Positions 46,101 to 61,738 of a DNA stretch of 61,854 bases are shown here, piece after piece. Position 1 is the first letter of the stretch. Each line of letters begins with the position of its first letter. The stretch comes from an uncultured virus (IMG/VR IMGVR_UViG_2576861459_000003) (taxonomy: Duplodnaviria; Heunggongvirae; Uroviricota; Caudoviricetes): IMG/VR virus record IMGVR_UViG_2576861459_000003, positions 62,001 through 123,854 of that record; one strand, written 5' to 3'. A program made the translations under genes and the position numbers. The notes beneath the pieces are model-generated. The model had not been told where the DNA came from, did no database searches, and worked only from the letters and a program-made list of their open reading frames with translations.

Positions 46101-49100
46101 CAAGAGAAAATGCAATCGGCATTGAATTCAAACGATGAAAAAGCATTTGATAGCGCGAAAAAGGATCTGCAAACCCTTTTGGAGACCTATTCAAAATCCG
46201 GTTCTTCTATTGATGTCTTTAAGTTGAGTTTTGATAAGGCACAAAAGAACATTAAAGATGGAGATAAGGCCATTTCTTCTGTTAAATCGGAAGTTGGTGA
46301 TTTAGGGGAAACTCTTGCTGAAGCAGGTAATGAAGCTGAAGATTTTGGTCAAAAGCTCAAAGAAGCGCTTGACGCAAATGATATCAGTCAGATTAAAGAT
46401 GTAATCAAAGGCATGTCAGAATCAATGCAGTTTGACTCTGTTCAAGGCATTCTTAACGGGGATATTTTTAATAACACCAAAGAACAAGTTGCTCCTTTAA
46501 ACGAACTTTTAGAAAAGATGGCTGAAGGAAAGAGCATTTCTGCCAATGAAGCTAATGCTCTAATCCAAAAAGATAAAGAATTAGCCAAAGCAATAAGTTA
46601 TGAAAATGGTGTAATAAAGGTTAACCGAGATGAAGTAATTCGTCAGCGAAAAGTTAAGCTCGATGCCTATAATGACATGGTTCAATATAGCAATAAGCTA
46701 ATGAAAACTGAAGTCAATAATGCCATTAAAACCTTAAACGCTGATTCTTTACGAATTGACAGCCTTAGAAAGCTTCGAAGAGAGCGTAAGCTCGATATAT
46801 CCGAGGCAGAATTGTCTCAGCTCGAAGTTAAATCAATTAATAATGTAGCTGATGCGAAGAAAGAATTACATAAGATTGAAGAAAAAATGTTGCAACCTGG
46901 TGGATTTTCTAACAGCCAAATCTCTGCAATGGATAGCGTTAGAGCTGCTCTTAAATCCTACATCTCAGCATCTGAAGAAGCTACATCTACTCAGGAAACA
47001 AACAAACAAGCGTTAATCGAATCTGGAACTTCCCTTGAGAAATGGACAGACGACCAAGAGAAAGCTAATGAAGAAACTAAAACATCTATGTACGTGGCTG
47101 ATAAATACAAGGAAGCTCTGGAGAAAGTTAATGCTGAAGTCGAAAAATACAATAAGCAAGTAAACGACTATCCAAAGTATTCCCAAAGTTATCGAAGTGC
47201 CCTGCAGAAAGAAATTAAAGCTCTTCAACAAAAGAAAAAGCTTATGCAGGAGCAAGCCAAACTCCTCAAGGATCAAATTAAGTCAGGGAACATTACACAA
47301 TACGGTATTGTTACCTCTTCCCTTTCTGGATCATCTTCCGGTGGTTCTTATTCTTCCGGTGGCGGGTCTTACTCCGGTAAATACTCCAGCTACATTAATT
47401 CTGCCGCAAGCAAATACGGTGTTGATCCAGCTCTAATTGCAGCTGTAATCCAACAAGAATCAGGATTCAATGCAAGAGCTCGTTCTGGAGCCGGAGCTGC
47501 TGGTTTGATGCAGCTGATGCCATCCACAGCTAAGAGTTTAGGTGTAAACAATGTTTATGATCCTTATCAGAGCATTATGGGTGGCACGAAATATTTAGCC
47601 CAACAACTAAGCAAATTTGGTGGCAATGTTGAGAAAGCACTTGCTGCTTATAACGCAGGGCCTGGCAATGTAATTAAATACGGCGGCATCCCTCCTTTCA
47701 AAGAAACGCAGAATTATGTTCAGAAGATCATGTCTAATTACACTAAGTCTATGACTTCTGCTAATTCCTCCATTGCAAGCTACTACACGAAGAACAGTGC
47801 GTTTAGAATAAGTTCTAAATATAATGCGCAAGATGGCGCTTACCGATCAACTCCACATAAAGGTATCGACTTCGCAGCAAAAGCTGGAACCGCAATTAAA
47901 TCGGTTCAGAGTGGAAAAGTTCAAATTGCTGGTTATAGCAAGACTGCCGGTAACTGGGTTGTCATTCAGCAGGATGATGGAAAAGTTGCTAAGTATATGC
48001 ATATGCTTGATACCCCTTCTGTTAAAGCCGGTCAAACTGTTAAAGCTGGCCAGACCATTGGTAAAGTTGGCAGTACGGGTAATTCAACAGGAAATCACCT
48101 TCATCTTCAAATCGAGGAAAACGGAAAGACAATTGACCCTGAGAAGTATTTAAAAGGTGTCGGTACATCTATTTCAGATGCATCCCAAGCCGAAGCAGAA
48201 CGACAACAAGCAATAGCGCAAGCTAAATCCGACCTCCTCTCCCTCCAAGGCGACATTGACTCAGTAAACGATCAGATACAAGAACTCAGATATGAAATCG
48301 TTCAGTCGAAACTTGATGAGTATGACAAGCGCATTGGTGATTTTGATGTAAGAATCGCTAAAGACAAAGCGCTCGCTAGTCATTACCTGAGCGACAGTAA
48401 AGAATTCCGCAAGTATACAAACGATCAGAAAAAAGCTTTAACTGAACAGCAAAAGATTCAGAGTCAGAAGGTTTCTTTTATTGAAAAAGAAATCAAAACA
48501 AACAAAACTCTGAATGCCGCTCAAAGAGCACAGCTTGCTGAGGAATTAAAACAAGCTAAGATTGATCTCATCAATTTCCAAGAAGAAGTAAGAGAACTTC
48601 AGGGACAGCTCATCCAATCCAAAGTTGATGAAACGCTTAACGGTATAGAGAAATCAACCAAGAAAACTGAATCCAAGCTTAAAGATGTTAGCAACAAAAT
48701 ATCCATGACCGAGGAAGATAAAGACAAGGTTAAATATTATAGCCAACAGATTAAGCTTATTCAGCAGCAACAGAATGAAGCGAAGAAGTATATCAAACAG
48801 TTGGAAGCACAAAAGAAAGCTGCTAAAGGATTCCCGGATATTCAGAAACAAATTACTGAAGAAATCGAGAACTGGAAAGACAAGCAGAAGGATTACAACC
48901 TGGAGCTTTACAACACAAAGAAATCAATCAAAGATGTGTACAAATCTCTTGCTGATGAAGTTGTCTCTATCTACAAAGAGATGTACGAAAAGATGCGTGA
49001 TATCGAATTAAAAGCGCACCAAAAAGCTACACAAGACTTGATTGATGAGATTGATAAAACTGATGATGAAGCTAAATACCAAAAAGAGCTCAAAGAAAAG

Positions 49101-49997
49101 AATCAGGCTATTCAAGAAACCAAAGATAAGCTAAACAAACTATCCCTTGATGACTCAGATGAAGCAAAATCACAGGTTAAAGACTTAGAAAAGCAACTTC
49201 AAGAACAGCAAGAAGCATTAGATGAGTTTCTTAAAGATCGTGAAAACAGTAAACGAAAAGAATCGTTACAAGATCAGCTTCAAAAAGATGAAGATTCAAT
49301 TAACAAGAAATATGATGATCTCGTTAATGATGAGCGTGGGTTTAAGGAACTTGAAAAAAAGCTAATGGATGGGAAGATTACTGATATTGCTAAGCAACTG
49401 AATGAATTCTCTAAGTTCATTAACAGCAATATGGAGTCCATAGGGAAAAGCATCTCCAATAATCTTATCGATAAGCTTAAAGAAGCCTCCAATGCTCTGA
49501 ATACTGTGACCAAGGGTAATAAAACTGGGAAAAAGGTATCCTCTTTTGCATCAGGTGGATATACAGGTACAGGACTAGGTGCAGGTAAGCTCGCCTTCCT
49601 ACACGATAAAGAGCTCATCCTTAATAAAACCGACACTGCAAATATCTTGGATACAGTAAAAGCTGTACGTGAGAACAATGCTCCAAGAGAAGAGACGCCT
49701 AAATGGGGTCAAGGTGGAAAATTAGCAGCCTTGATTAACAAAGGAATCACCACTATTCCATCAATAATTCCGAATATTAATCAATCAAGTCTTTCTAATA
49801 GTTTGATACCGAGCATTCAAAACCTCTCTTCCCCACCAGATGCAGCTAAGTCAGTAAATGGCACTATAAACAACAATGATTTTAAAGTTGAATTCACCAT
49901 TAACGAATCAGGAAATCCTCAGAAAACAGCTGATTTTGTATTCAATAAATTTGCAAATGGTCTTAAAAACAAGGGCATAAATTTCAACAACTCATGA
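43110..49997 (+). CDS. cwlP: Tape measure protein with lytic transglycosylase and M23 peptidase (CwlP)
   Basis: TMP repeats; SLT motifs QQESGF, GLMQL, AAYNAG; M23 motifs HKGIDF, HLH; TTG start after AAAGGA. Confidence 0.95.
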   Translation: MSQDLKIILTPKADTSSKTVEQLNQQIKSLEKKLNSLNLKTNIDASALKTLNDFSSAVDTYQKHLKSFNQTIKETTMITRNADGTVEKLTQQYKKNGEIIQRETKTIDNRNQSLREQTQEVNRLAQATEKLGQVQKRTEQKNSQGQTTRVTQKNRNGFDDITYTTDPKTNATTSKVTTNYDQQRKAIEQLKLDLEKLRQQGIVTDTTLSSLGRKLNTAQTAQQIEALQNRIKMLDDKSAAVAKNNELRKTIELYQRQAQVNVQNLNTRYGDTMGAGSRQAIQEYLNAVNSLNVSVGGSNIRSQMQSLNMQFRELASNAQSAASQASSFGAELTQAFKSMSTYLISGSLFYGAISGLKEMVSQAVEIDTLMTNIRRVMNEPDYKYNELLQESIDLGDTLSNKITDILQMTGDFGRMGFDESELSTLTKTAQVLQNVSDLTPDDTVNTLTAAMLNFNIAANDTISIADKLNEVDNNYAVTTLDLANSIRKAGSTASTFGVELNDLIGYTTAIASTTRESGNVVGNSLKTIFARIGNNRSAIKALDEIGISVKTAGGEAKSASELINEVAAKWNTLTDAQRQNTSIGVANIHQLSRFNALMNNFSIAQNAATTASNSAGSAWSEQQKYADSLQARLNKLQNNFTELAIASSDAFISDGLIEFTQALGSLLKASTGIINTVGFLPPLFVTISTATLLLSKNTRTLATTLIFGSKAMRQEALASIGLEAGMTRAAIASRVLKTALRGLLVSSVVGVAFVALGFALESVVSSFADAKKAKDDFEQSQQTNVEAITTNKDSTDKLIKQYKELQKAKESRTLSSDEEQEYLQVTQQLAQTFPALIQGYDSQGNAILKSNKALEEAIENTKEYLELKKTETKDSAKKTFEDASKEIKKSKDELKQYKQIADYNDKGRPKWDFLADDEDYKIAADKAKQGMLKAQSDIASGNAKVRDSVLSIAQAYSSIDISNTLKTSINDIVGKLTLKDDLNPDDLDKFSSALGKLQEKMQSALNSNDEKAFDSAKKDLQTLLETYSKSGSSIDVFKLSFDKAQKNIKDGDKAISSVKSEVGDLGETLAEAGNEAEDFGQKLKEALDANDISQIKDVIKGMSESMQFDSVQGILNGDIFNNTKEQVAPLNELLEKMAEGKSISANEANALIQKDKELAKAISYENGVIKVNRDEVIRQRKVKLDAYNDMVQYSNKLMKTEVNNAIKTLNADSLRIDSLRKLRRERKLDISEAELSQLEVKSINNVADAKKELHKIEEKMLQPGGFSNSQISAMDSVRAALKSYISASEEATSTQETNKQALIESGTSLEKWTDDQEKANEETKTSMYVADKYKEALEKVNAEVEKYNKQVNDYPKYSQSYRSALQKEIKALQQKKKLMQEQAKLLKDQIKSGNITQYGIVTSSLSGSSSGGSYSSGGGSYSGKYSSYINSAASKYGVDPALIAAVIQQESGFNARARSGAGAAGLMQLMPSTAKSLGVNNVYDPYQSIMGGTKYLAQQLSKFGGNVEKALAAYNAGPGNVIKYGGIPPFKETQNYVQKIMSNYTKSMTSANSSIASYYTKNSAFRISSKYNAQDGAYRSTPHKGIDFAAKAGTAIKSVQSGKVQIAGYSKTAGNWVVIQQDDGKVAKYMHMLDTPSVKAGQTVKAGQTIGKVGSTGNSTGNHLHLQIEENGKTIDPEKYLKGVGTSISDASQAEAERQQAIAQAKSDLLSLQGDIDSVNDQIQELRYEIVQSKLDEYDKRIGDFDVRIAKDKALASHYLSDSKEFRKYTNDQKKALTEQQKIQSQKVSFIEKEIKTNKTLNAAQRAQLAEELKQAKIDLINFQEEVRELQGQLIQSKVDETLNGIEKSTKKTESKLKDVSNKISMTEEDKDKVKYYSQQIKLIQQQQNEAKKYIKQLEAQKKAAKGFPDIQKQITEEIENWKDKQKDYNLELYNTKKSIKDVYKSLADEVVSIYKEMYEKMRDIELKAHQKATQDLIDEIDKTDDEAKYQKELKEKNQAIQETKDKLNKLSLDDSDEAKSQVKDLEKQLQEQQEALDEFLKDRENSKRKESLQDQLQKDEDSINKKYDDLVNDERGFKELEKKLMDGKITDIAKQLNEFSKFINSNMESIGKSISNNLIDKLKEASNALNTVTKGNKTGKKVSSFASGGYTGTGLGAGKLAFLHDKELILNKTDTANILDTVKAVRENNAPREETPKWGQGGKLAALINKGITTIPSIIPNINQSSLSNSLIPSIQNLSSPPDAAKSVNGTINNNDFKVEFTINESGNPQKTADFVFNKFANGLKNKGINFNNS

Positions 49998-50041
49998 GCC
50001 AGTGTATATGCTGGCTCTTCTTATTTTTGAGGTGATAAAAA

Positions 50042-54114
<4,073 letters not shown>

Positions 54115-54134
54115 GAAAGGACGGTGAATTTAGT

Positions 54135-54950
54135 TTGGATTTTCCTCAGCTCTATAACGACCCTACCCTTTCTCAAAAAAGGAAGGGTTCAATCGATGAC
54201 CCTTATTTAAGCTATAGTGAAACTTTAACTGTTTACAATGGTCGGGCCTTACTTACTGAAATCCCTAATCGTGAGTACAGAGTTGTGGTTGAAGGTGACG
54301 GTAAAGAATGGCGAGAAATTGAAGATGGTGAATTAGCAGACAACTACTTTAAGGTTGATTACCTTATGGGCGTTGTCTTTTTTAATGGTTCAAATGAAGG
54401 TGAATCACTTACTTTTACATATCAAGGAGAAGGATGTACCTTCTCCCCTGCCTCAAGGATTTGGATTAAACGGCAAGGAAATATGGTCATTGAAACACTT
54501 CAAGGCTTAATTGATGATGCTGAAGATGCCATTATTCGTATCAATGAACGTATTGCTGAATGTGAACGTGTCACCAAGCGATGTATTGAAATAACAAATT
54601 GGTGCAGACAAGCAACATCAGATTATGAATATGTAGTTGAAAACACTAGGAAGATTTACTTGCCGTTTGTGTACACCTATCAGGATTTATTAAACACTTA
54701 TCCTTCCCCTCAAATTGGTTGGACTGTCACTGTAAAAGAAACAGGTATTGAATATAGATGGGATGGTTTCGACTGGATAAATATTAGCATCTCAGATAAG
54801 TATGATGGTTTCAACATTGTTTCTAGCTATGTAGAGCCTTACAACATCAGGTCAGTATGGTTGAGAACGAACAATGCTCCCAAAAAGATGAGGATAAAAC
54901 CTTCTGTAGAACCCCCTGACGGAAGTATGGTTTGGATTAGAAAAGGATAA
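54135..54950 (+). CDS. yomF: YomF-like baseplate/tail protein
   Basis: 271 aa, synteny. Confidence 0.7.
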   Translation: MDFPQLYNDPTLSQKRKGSIDDPYLSYSETLTVYNGRALLTEIPNREYRVVVEGDGKEWREIEDGELADNYFKVDYLMGVVFFNGSNEGESLTFTYQGEGCTFSPASRIWIKRQGNMVIETLQGLIDDAEDAIIRINERIAECERVTKRCIEITNWCRQATSDYEYVVENTRKIYLPFVYTYQDLLNTYPSPQIGWTVTVKETGIEYRWDGFDWINISISDKYDGFNIVSSYVEPYNIRSVWLRTNNAPKKMRIKPSVEPPDGSMVWIRKG

Positions 54951-54963
54951 GGAGGAGTATATA

Positions 54964-57546
54964 TTGAGCGACAATTTAATTCCCGTAAACACAATGGGTT
55001 ATATGGACGAAGAAACAGAGCAATGGATACCCATTGATGCTATAGGGTTAAAATCAAATAATATCAGATATACTGCAGACGATATTCAAGAGGCTTTTGA
55101 TAAAGCTTCTAAGGATATTAAAAACGTAATAAGCACAGTTGATTCTGGTTTAACAGAAATCACAAACACTATTGGAGACATTTCAAAAATCCCTGCATCT
55201 GGTGCAACAATTGTTGATAAAGTCTTAAATGAGTTTATCAGACGAAGTGTCAATGTTCAGGATTTTGGGGCTAAGGGTGATGGTGTTACTGATGACACTG
55301 AAGCTTTCAAAGCTGCCTTTGCAAGTGGGAAACGAGAGGTTTTTGTACCTGCAGGTATTTATATGGTTCAAGGATTACATATCCCCTCTTATGTCAGACT
55401 TTACGGTGTTGGATCAGGATCTATTATCAAGCTTCACCCAACTGCTACCGGAACATCTTGTGTGTTAACCAATAGCGACTACACAAACGGAAACGAATAT
55501 ATCTTAATTGAAGACTTAGACCTCGATTGGAATTTAGACAAAAAGGACAACACCATTACAAATGGAACAAATGCAAACTGTGTGGGTATTGTTAACTCTA
55601 AATTTGTTCGGGTTAGAAACGTCAATGCTCGTAATCCAGGTGTACACGGTTTTGATGTAAGCTCCCCTGTTTGGAACTCTTCTTCTGATGGAGCAGATCA
55701 TTATCAGCCAAATGGTAGCAAATATGTTTGGATTGAAAATTGTACTGCAACTAACTATGGTGATGATGGCTTCACAACTCACTATTCAGACTACATCTTC
55801 TTCACTAACTGTTATGCTTATGACGCTAATGGATCCGCCCACAGTAAAGGAGCTTCAAATTCAAATGGTTTTGAAATTGATGATGGCTCTAAAAATGTGT
55901 GGCTTGTGAACTGTTACAGCCGAAAAAACTGCAGAGGTTTTGAAGTCAAAGCTCACAACAGAGCACCGGCAGCAAGAAACGTAAACCTAATTAACTGCTA
56001 TTCCGAAAATGATATCCGCGCTTTCGACTTTAGACATATTGGCTTCCACCTAGCCTCCGAAAAAATCTCCACAAGTGCTTTTGACATTAATGTCGTTAAC
56101 TGCACTGCACAACACCCTATTTTCAGTGACCTTTACCAAGGTTTAAATCCTCGAGCACTTGTCATTTCCGCTTATAGAAATGTCAACGTATCAAACTTCA
56201 ATGCAATTGGTGATCCGACGTATGATTATAAGAATACTACAGTAATCTCTACTCAATATAAGAGCAGAAATATCAACCTAAGCAACATCACTGTTTCGGG
56301 GTTTACAACAGCAAGTAACGATATCTATGTAATCGGTGGAGCTCAAAAATCAGACAATGTAAACATCTCGAATGTAACCATTAATCAATCTGCACTAGTG
56401 GGTATTGCTGTTGGAAGTAAAGTTGGCTCAGTCAATATCAGCAACGTTAACATGACGGGAACAAACAAATCAGGTTCAATTGGCGTTTATTGTACTAACT
56501 CCCAGGCCAATATTAATGCTACGATGTGTGAACAATACGCTACTCCCAGTAAAATTGCCGGGAAAACCTACGCATTTATCCCGAATAATTTCAAAGGTGG
56601 TACACGAATTGCGACGACTTCCGGCTACGCTAAAACAAATACTAGCGTCGTAATGGCATCTTCAGGTGGCGGACAAGCAACTGGTGACGCTTCTGCCGTT
56701 ATTGCTACAACTGGCGGTTCTAAAGCAGAAGGGCCACGTAATGCAGTTATTGCTTCCTCTGGTGGATCTAAAACAACAGCTGAAGGAAGTCGCTCATTGG
56801 TTGTTGCATCAAATAATTCTTCCATTGAAGGATCAGGATCTTCTAGGGTTGTTATTGGATCACAATCTGTAATAAACAGAAAAGGGTATACCACTATATG
56901 GGGATACGGAACATCAGATACCCCTTCCATCTCGAACATTAAGATAGAACATGATGCGATGAGAGGAAATATTGCCTTAACCGGTCAGGTTAAAGGCGCT
57001 TCAACATTTGCTGATTATGCGGAGTATTTCGAATCTGCAGATGGAAGAGCAATTCCTACCGGATATATGGTCACACTTGATGGGGACAAAATTAAGAAAG
57101 CGAATCTCGGTGACAAGGTATTAGGGGTTATATCTGAAACAGCTGGTATTGTGCTCGGAGAGTCTTTATTTAATTGGCAAGGAAGATACCTCAAAAATGA
57201 ATTCGGGGGTCTTATTTATGAAGATAGGGATGTGACATTTGTGGATTCGGAAGGTATGCAAAGAACAGAAATAAGAAGGTTACCAAAAGAAAATCCCAAC
57301 TTCAATGCCAATGAGGAATATGTTCCACGATCTGAGCGTCCTGAATGGAATATAGTCGGTATGTTTGGACAGATATTCGTTCGTATTGATGAAACAGTTC
57401 AAAACGGCGACAGAATTGTACCTAAAGCCGGAAAAGGCTCAAAATCATCTGATGAATCAGGTTATCCTGTAATGAAAATAACAACACCTTATACAAAAGA
57501 AAGAGGATATGGTGTCGCTGTCTGCTTAATAACACCGACAGTTTAA
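54964..57546 (+). CDS. yomE: Tailspike/pre-neck appendage: pectin-lyase-like beta helix with C-terminal self-cleaving chaperone (peptidase G2-like)
   Basis: NVQDFGAKGDGVTDDTEAF start of the beta helix; ADYAEYFES cleavage motif; RPEWNIVGMFGQ. Confidence 0.88.
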   Translation: MSDNLIPVNTMGYMDEETEQWIPIDAIGLKSNNIRYTADDIQEAFDKASKDIKNVISTVDSGLTEITNTIGDISKIPASGATIVDKVLNEFIRRSVNVQDFGAKGDGVTDDTEAFKAAFASGKREVFVPAGIYMVQGLHIPSYVRLYGVGSGSIIKLHPTATGTSCVLTNSDYTNGNEYILIEDLDLDWNLDKKDNTITNGTNANCVGIVNSKFVRVRNVNARNPGVHGFDVSSPVWNSSSDGADHYQPNGSKYVWIENCTATNYGDDGFTTHYSDYIFFTNCYAYDANGSAHSKGASNSNGFEIDDGSKNVWLVNCYSRKNCRGFEVKAHNRAPAARNVNLINCYSENDIRAFDFRHIGFHLASEKISTSAFDINVVNCTAQHPIFSDLYQGLNPRALVISAYRNVNVSNFNAIGDPTYDYKNTTVISTQYKSRNINLSNITVSGFTTASNDIYVIGGAQKSDNVNISNVTINQSALVGIAVGSKVGSVNISNVNMTGTNKSGSIGVYCTNSQANINATMCEQYATPSKIAGKTYAFIPNNFKGGTRIATTSGYAKTNTSVVMASSGGGQATGDASAVIATTGGSKAEGPRNAVIASSGGSKTTAEGSRSLVVASNNSSIEGSGSSRVVIGSQSVINRKGYTTIWGYGTSDTPSISNIKIEHDAMRGNIALTGQVKGASTFADYAEYFESADGRAIPTGYMVTLDGDKIKKANLGDKVLGVISETAGIVLGESLFNWQGRYLKNEFGGLIYEDRDVTFVDSEGMQRTEIRRLPKENPNFNANEEYVPRSERPEWNIVGMFGQIFVRIDETVQNGDRIVPKAGKGSKSSDESGYPVMKITTPYTKERGYGVAVCLITPTV

Positions 57547-57665
57547 TTCAGTGCCCTCTTTAAAGGAGGTGGTTATGTTCTAGTTAAAATATAAATTTTA
57601 TTCAATTTACAGCATTCAAAAACAGAGATAACAAGAGCATACGTGAGAATATGTAAGTTTATCAA

Positions 57666-57890
57666 ATGGAGGTGATTGTCATAGTCTCAATCTTCCATCT
57701 TTTGGTCATGTGCCCAGCCTTTTTAATAGTTCATGCATATTACTTGGTCAGATTTAAATTTCTAAGAAAAGACGATTCCTTCAAAGAGAATAGAACATTC
57801 TGGATCATTGTGCAAGCGTTAGAGGCTCCCATATTCAATGGTAATTTCAGATCGATGTTTAATGAGTTAAGACTATTAAAAAAGACTTAA
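57666..57890 (+). CDS. Small membrane protein, start uncertain
   Basis: One hydrophobic helix; best RBS GGAGG (57668-57672) points to an in-frame ATA at 57681. Confidence 0.45.
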   Translation: MEVIVIVSIFHLLVMCPAFLIVHAYYLVRFKFLRKDDSFKENRTFWIIVQALEAPIFNGNFRSMFNELRLLKKT

Positions 57891-57924
57891 CAATAAGAGA
57901 GTAACAGCTTATATACATGCAATC

Positions 57925-57961
57925 GAGAGAGATCGGAATTTGTTTCCCTTCTCTCTTTTTT
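57925..57961 (+). terminator. Terminator before the lysis cassette
   Basis: GAGAGA...TCTCTC followed by T6. Confidence 0.6.
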
Positions 57962-57994
57962 GTGCTCAAATTTAATTTAGGAGAGATGTTTAAT

Positions 57995-59041
57995 ATGGCT
58001 ATTCAAGCGAGACAAATGCTAGTATCCCCAGAGAAATACGGAATCAAATGTCCATATGCACTATCTGCTTCATTCATCACTTTTCACAATACATACAACA
58101 ACGCACCAGCGCAAAATGAAGTTAGTTATATGATCGGTAACAATAATGAAGTTTCTTTTCACTTTGCTGTAGATGACAAAGAGGTTGTTCAAGGGATTCC
58201 TACAAATCGTAATGCATGGCATACAGGTGATGGATCAGGTGTGAATTCAGGAAACCGGACTTCTATCGGTGTAGAAGTTTGCTACTCTAAATCAGGCGGA
58301 GAACGCTATAAAAAAGCTGAAGCGTTGGCTATTAAGTTTATTGCACAACTCCTTAAAGAACGTGGTTGGGGTGTGGATCGAGTTAAAAAGCATCAAGACT
58401 GGTCTGGCAAGTATTGCCCACATCGAGTTCTTGATGAAGGACGTTGGAATGCTGTTAAAGCTTCTATTGCTGCTGAATTGAAAGCACTCGGCGGAAATAC
58501 TTCTTCCTCATCTTCAAAGCCAACAAAAGTCGTTAAAACAAATGGTTCTTATGTTAAGAACACAGTTATCGCAGACAGTCTTAATGTGAGAACTCAACGC
58601 AATGCAAACTCCTCTATTGTACTTACTCTTCCTAAAGGCTCCACTGTCCAATATCAAAAAGGATCAACTCAAAACGGTTGGGGTTATATCAAATATACAA
58701 ACTCCAAAGGTGCTACATACAGCGGATATGTAAATGTGAAATACATTAAAAGTGATGCTGAGCTTGGAAAATCAACCCCAAAGCCTAAATCCACTTCTAA
58801 GCCTAAAAGCAGTGGTATCAAATCTGTAGGCAAAATTAAAATTGTCGGTGTAAAAAGCGCTGCAATCGTAATGGACAGACCTGATAAAAACAAAGCGAAG
58901 AATCTCGGCACTGTGTATCTGGGCGATACTGTCAGCATTTCTGGCTCAGTGAAAGGGTCAAACAATGCTAAGGGTTACTGGGAAGTTATCTACAAAGGTA
59001 AACGAGGCTACATCTCAGGACAATTCGGGTCAAAAATCTAA
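57995..59041 (+). CDS. blyA: N-acetylmuramoyl-L-alanine amidase endolysin with SH3b-type cell-wall binding domains
   Basis: TFHNT, SFHFAVDD, AWHTGDG, HQDWSGKYCP Amidase_2 motifs; LNVR..GWG..SGYV. Confidence 0.9.
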   Translation: MAIQARQMLVSPEKYGIKCPYALSASFITFHNTYNNAPAQNEVSYMIGNNNEVSFHFAVDDKEVVQGIPTNRNAWHTGDGSGVNSGNRTSIGVEVCYSKSGGERYKKAEALAIKFIAQLLKERGWGVDRVKKHQDWSGKYCPHRVLDEGRWNAVKASIAAELKALGGNTSSSSSKPTKVVKTNGSYVKNTVIADSLNVRTQRNANSSIVLTLPKGSTVQYQKGSTQNGWGYIKYTNSKGATYSGYVNVKYIKSDAELGKSTPKPKSTSKPKSSGIKSVGKIKIVGVKSAAIVMDRPDKNKAKNLGTVYLGDTVSISGSVKGSNNAKGYWEVIYKGKRGYISGQFGSKI

Positions 59042-59147
59042 ATATATTTAAATATCTTTGAGGATGATTGTAGCTCAAAGTGTATCAATGATTATTTAGG
59101 AGGTGATGGGACATTGCCTCCTATTTTTTATGGAGGATGATTGCATT

Positions 59148-59519
59148 GTGGCTGAAAAAGAAAACTATGAAGTTTTAAAGACTGAGGTCGCTCATATAAA
59201 AGAACGCCTTAAAGAACAAGCAGAAGATAGAAAAATCATGTTGGAAACACAAAAAACAACAAGTGAATCACTTATTAGGCTTACCACTGTTGTTGAGAAT
59301 CAAGAAAAAAATCTTGTTGAAACAAAAAATTTGTTCACCACTGAGATAGCTGGACTAAGAAATGAATTTCAGCAAGTTAATCAGTCGCAAACAAAGTGGC
59401 TTCAAAACTTATTAGAAGGAACATTCGGCAAGACATTAAAGATTTTAGTTCTAATTATTCTCTTACTGCTTGGTGCAGAGATCGCTGGTGTTGATATCAC
59501 CAAATTAGCTAATTTATAA
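59148..59519 (+). CDS. Holin-associated coiled-coil plus single C-terminal TM protein (BhlA/XhlA-like role)
   Basis: GTG start after GGAGG; lies between endolysin and holin. Confidence 0.65.
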   Translation: MAEKENYEVLKTEVAHIKERLKEQAEDRKIMLETQKTTSESLIRLTTVVENQEKNLVETKNLFTTEIAGLRNEFQQVNQSQTKWLQNLLEGTFGKTLKILVLIILLLLGAEIAGVDITKLANL

Positions 59520-59531
59520 GGAGACGATTTA

Positions 59532-59783
59532 ATGACTAAAATTAACTGGAAAGTAAGACTAAAAAAGAAAACATTCCTGGTTGCAATCTTCTCTGCAACT
59601 CTTTTGTTTGCACAAGCAATTGCATCTGCTTTTGGATACGATATTTCTGTGTTTAGTGATGATCTCACTGAGAAATTTAATGCTTTGCTTACATTTTTAA
59701 CTGCAATGGGGGTTGTAGTGGATCCAACCACTACAGGTATCTCAGATAGCGATCAAGCAATGGAATACACAGAACCAAAATAA
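59532..59783 (+). CDS. bhlB: Holin, phi LC3 family
   Basis: INWKVRLKKKTF...GVVVDPTT.GISDS signature. Confidence 0.9.
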   Translation: MTKINWKVRLKKKTFLVAIFSATLLFAQAIASAFGYDISVFSDDLTEKFNALLTFLTAMGVVVDPTTTGISDSDQAMEYTEPK

Positions 59784-59787
59784 CTTG

Positions 59788-59811
59788 GGGGAGTTTATCT
59801 CCCTTTTTTTC
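59788..59811 (+). terminator. Terminator after the holin
   Basis: GGGAG-TTTAT-CTCCC followed by a T-run. Confidence 0.75.
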
Positions 59812-59836
59812 ATTTTCAAGAAGAAAGGAATGATTA

Positions 59837-60124
59837 TTGAACATGCAAATAGGATCTGGATATATCGGGAGTCCAATGCTTGAGAAGTCAGAGTCTAACC
59901 ATGAAGTAATCCCTTCCCCACCTGCAACCTGGACGATTAAATATTCTTTCTATAAATTCAGCTTTTCGAATGATCAGGAATGCCACGTATCAATCAATGG
60001 TGGTGATCCTATCTATTTAAGAGCTGGGCAAGGCTTTCAAATGGACGCTCATGATTCACCTATCACAAGCTTTAAAATTTCTGAGTCAGGAATAACATAT
60101 AACTTTTTGGGGGCGCATAAATGA
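59837..60124 (+). CDS. Small beta-rich hypothetical protein
   Basis: ORF abutting the collagen-like gene, RBS AAAGGA. Confidence 0.65.
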   Translation: MNMQIGSGYIGSPMLEKSESNHEVIPSPPATWTIKYSFYKFSFSNDQECHVSINGGDPIYLRAGQGFQMDAHDSPITSFKISESGITYNFLGAHK

Positions 60125-60426
60125 GTTTCTTCAATCCAATGGTTAATGTCTCAATTGTCACTGGGAAGTCTGCTTATGATATTGCAGTAGACAATGGTTT
60201 TTCAGGAACTGTAGAGGAATGGTTAGCTTCACTAAAAGGTGAAAAAGGCAACACTGGAGCTACTGGCGCTAAGGGAGACAAAGGTGATACTGGTGCAACC
60301 GGTGCTAAAGGAGCTACTGGTGTTGCCGGTAAAGATGGAAAATCAGCATATGAATTAGCCGTTCAACAAGGTTTCTCTGGAACATTAGATGAGTGGCTTG
60401 CTTCTCTAAAAGCAACAGCAAACTGA
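60121..60426 (+). CDS. Collagen-like (Gly-X-Y) protein flanked by two GKSAY..A...GF.GT..EWLASLK repeats
   Basis: Direct from the translation. Confidence 0.85.
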   Translation: MSFFNPMVNVSIVTGKSAYDIAVDNGFSGTVEEWLASLKGEKGNTGATGAKGDKGDTGATGAKGATGVAGKDGKSAYELAVQQGFSGTLDEWLASLKATAN

Positions 60427-60430
60427 TCAT

Positions 60431-60462
60431 ATACCCTTCTCTAACGAGGAGGGTATTTTTTT
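60431..60462 (+). terminator. Intrinsic terminator
   Basis: ATACCCT..AGGGTAT followed by a T-run. Confidence 0.75.
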
Positions 60463-60577
60463 CGTTTCGTTCATAATCGAATTATTGATTTGTTTTTAAT
60501 TTTCACTCAAATTCCCTTTACATTTCTTTCCTCCAATGCAACTATATAATAAAATGGATTTGAAAGGGGTTTAGGAC

Positions 60578-61738
60578 TTGAAGAACGAAAAGGTCATTCC
60601 TTATGATTTAGTAGCAACAAAGATGAATCATTGGTATGTGGCTATTAAAAAGAATTGGGTCGGTAGAGCAGAAGAAATGCGTAAAGAAGTTATGCAGGAA
60701 ATAAAAATTATGGAAGAAAACCAAGATGTTTTACTATACTACTCCCTACTTGAGTTTAGACATAAGCTAATGTTGGCATATATGTATCCTAACGCTATAA
60801 AAGACATTGAGAAAAACTATGGTGAGTTAAAAGCATACGAAGCCCATGAAAACTTAACTGGAATGCTCGAATATTACTATTATTTTTTCATGGGCATGTT
60901 CTATTTTAGACAAAAGGAGTTGGCATTCTCCCTTAATCACTATAGACAAGCTGAGAAATATTTGGATTCAATTGAGAGCGAAGATATTGAAGTTGAAAAA
61001 GCTGAATTTTATTTTAAATTGTCAGAAGTGTATTACCACATGAAACAGACTTATTTTTCAATGAATTATGCCATGAGGGCTTACGATATATTTAAAAAGC
61101 AACCTGCTATTGACGGGAGCCCCACATACGGGGTACAAAAGGTACGCTGTCAATTCGTCATATTTGGTAATTTATTGGACAGTATGAAGTTTGATGAAGC
61201 TTTAAAGCAAGCATACAAAGCGTATCAAGAAGCAGTAGAGCTAAACAAAAGTGAAAAGAATCGTGGGCATTTGATGCGTTCAGCACTGTTTAATATTGGA
61301 TTATGTTATAATCAAATGGAAGAACTTGATAAAGCATTTTTTCATTTTAATAAGTCACTTCAAATCATTGAGCCGGAAAATCATGATTACGCTGCTAAAA
61401 CATTATTTGTTATCTCCTTCTTAAAGGGAAGGCAAAATGACATTGAAAACGCAAAAAAATTTTATGAACAGGCCAAACAGTTGGCTGAACGGCATAACAA
61501 TGAAATGGTACTTGAAAAGTTAAAAATGGTTAAAGGACTTTTCTTGGACTATGATTTAGACTTAGTTAGGAAAACATTCGAGTTCTTCAAAGAAAGAAGT
61601 ATATACCCTGACATGGAAAGCTATGGTGTCTCTGTAGCAGATTTTCTCACTGGAAAACAGGATGCTTGGGGTGCAGTTGAATTTTATCGTTTGGCAAATG
61701 AAGCAAGAAGACAAATCAAAAGGGGAGAAGCAATATGA
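60578..61738 (+). CDS. rap: Rap-family TPR regulator (aspartate phosphatase-like)
   Basis: MEENQDVLLYYSLLEFRH, LTGMLEYYYYFFMGM and EKAEFYFKLSEVYYHMKQT Rap signatures. Confidence 0.92.
   Translation: MKNEKVIPYDLVATKMNHWYVAIKKNWVGRAEEMRKEVMQEIKIMEENQDVLLYYSLLEFRHKLMLAYMYPNAIKDIEKNYGELKAYEAHENLTGMLEYYYYFFMGMFYFRQKELAFSLNHYRQAEKYLDSIESEDIEVEKAEFYFKLSEVYYHMKQTYFSMNYAMRAYDIFKKQPAIDGSPTYGVQKVRCQFVIFGNLLDSMKFDEALKQAYKAYQEAVELNKSEKNRGHLMRSALFNIGLCYNQMEELDKAFFHFNKSLQIIEPENHDYAAKTLFVISFLKGRQNDIENAKKFYEQAKQLAERHNNEMVLEKLKMVKGLFLDYDLDLVRKTFEFFKERSIYPDMESYGVSVADFLTGKQDAWGAVEFYRLANEARRQIKRGEAI

Noticed and set aside
61659..61682. sigmaH promoter for phr inside rap (AGGA...GAAT)
   Set aside because: Spacing of 16 nt is shorter than consensus; not supportable
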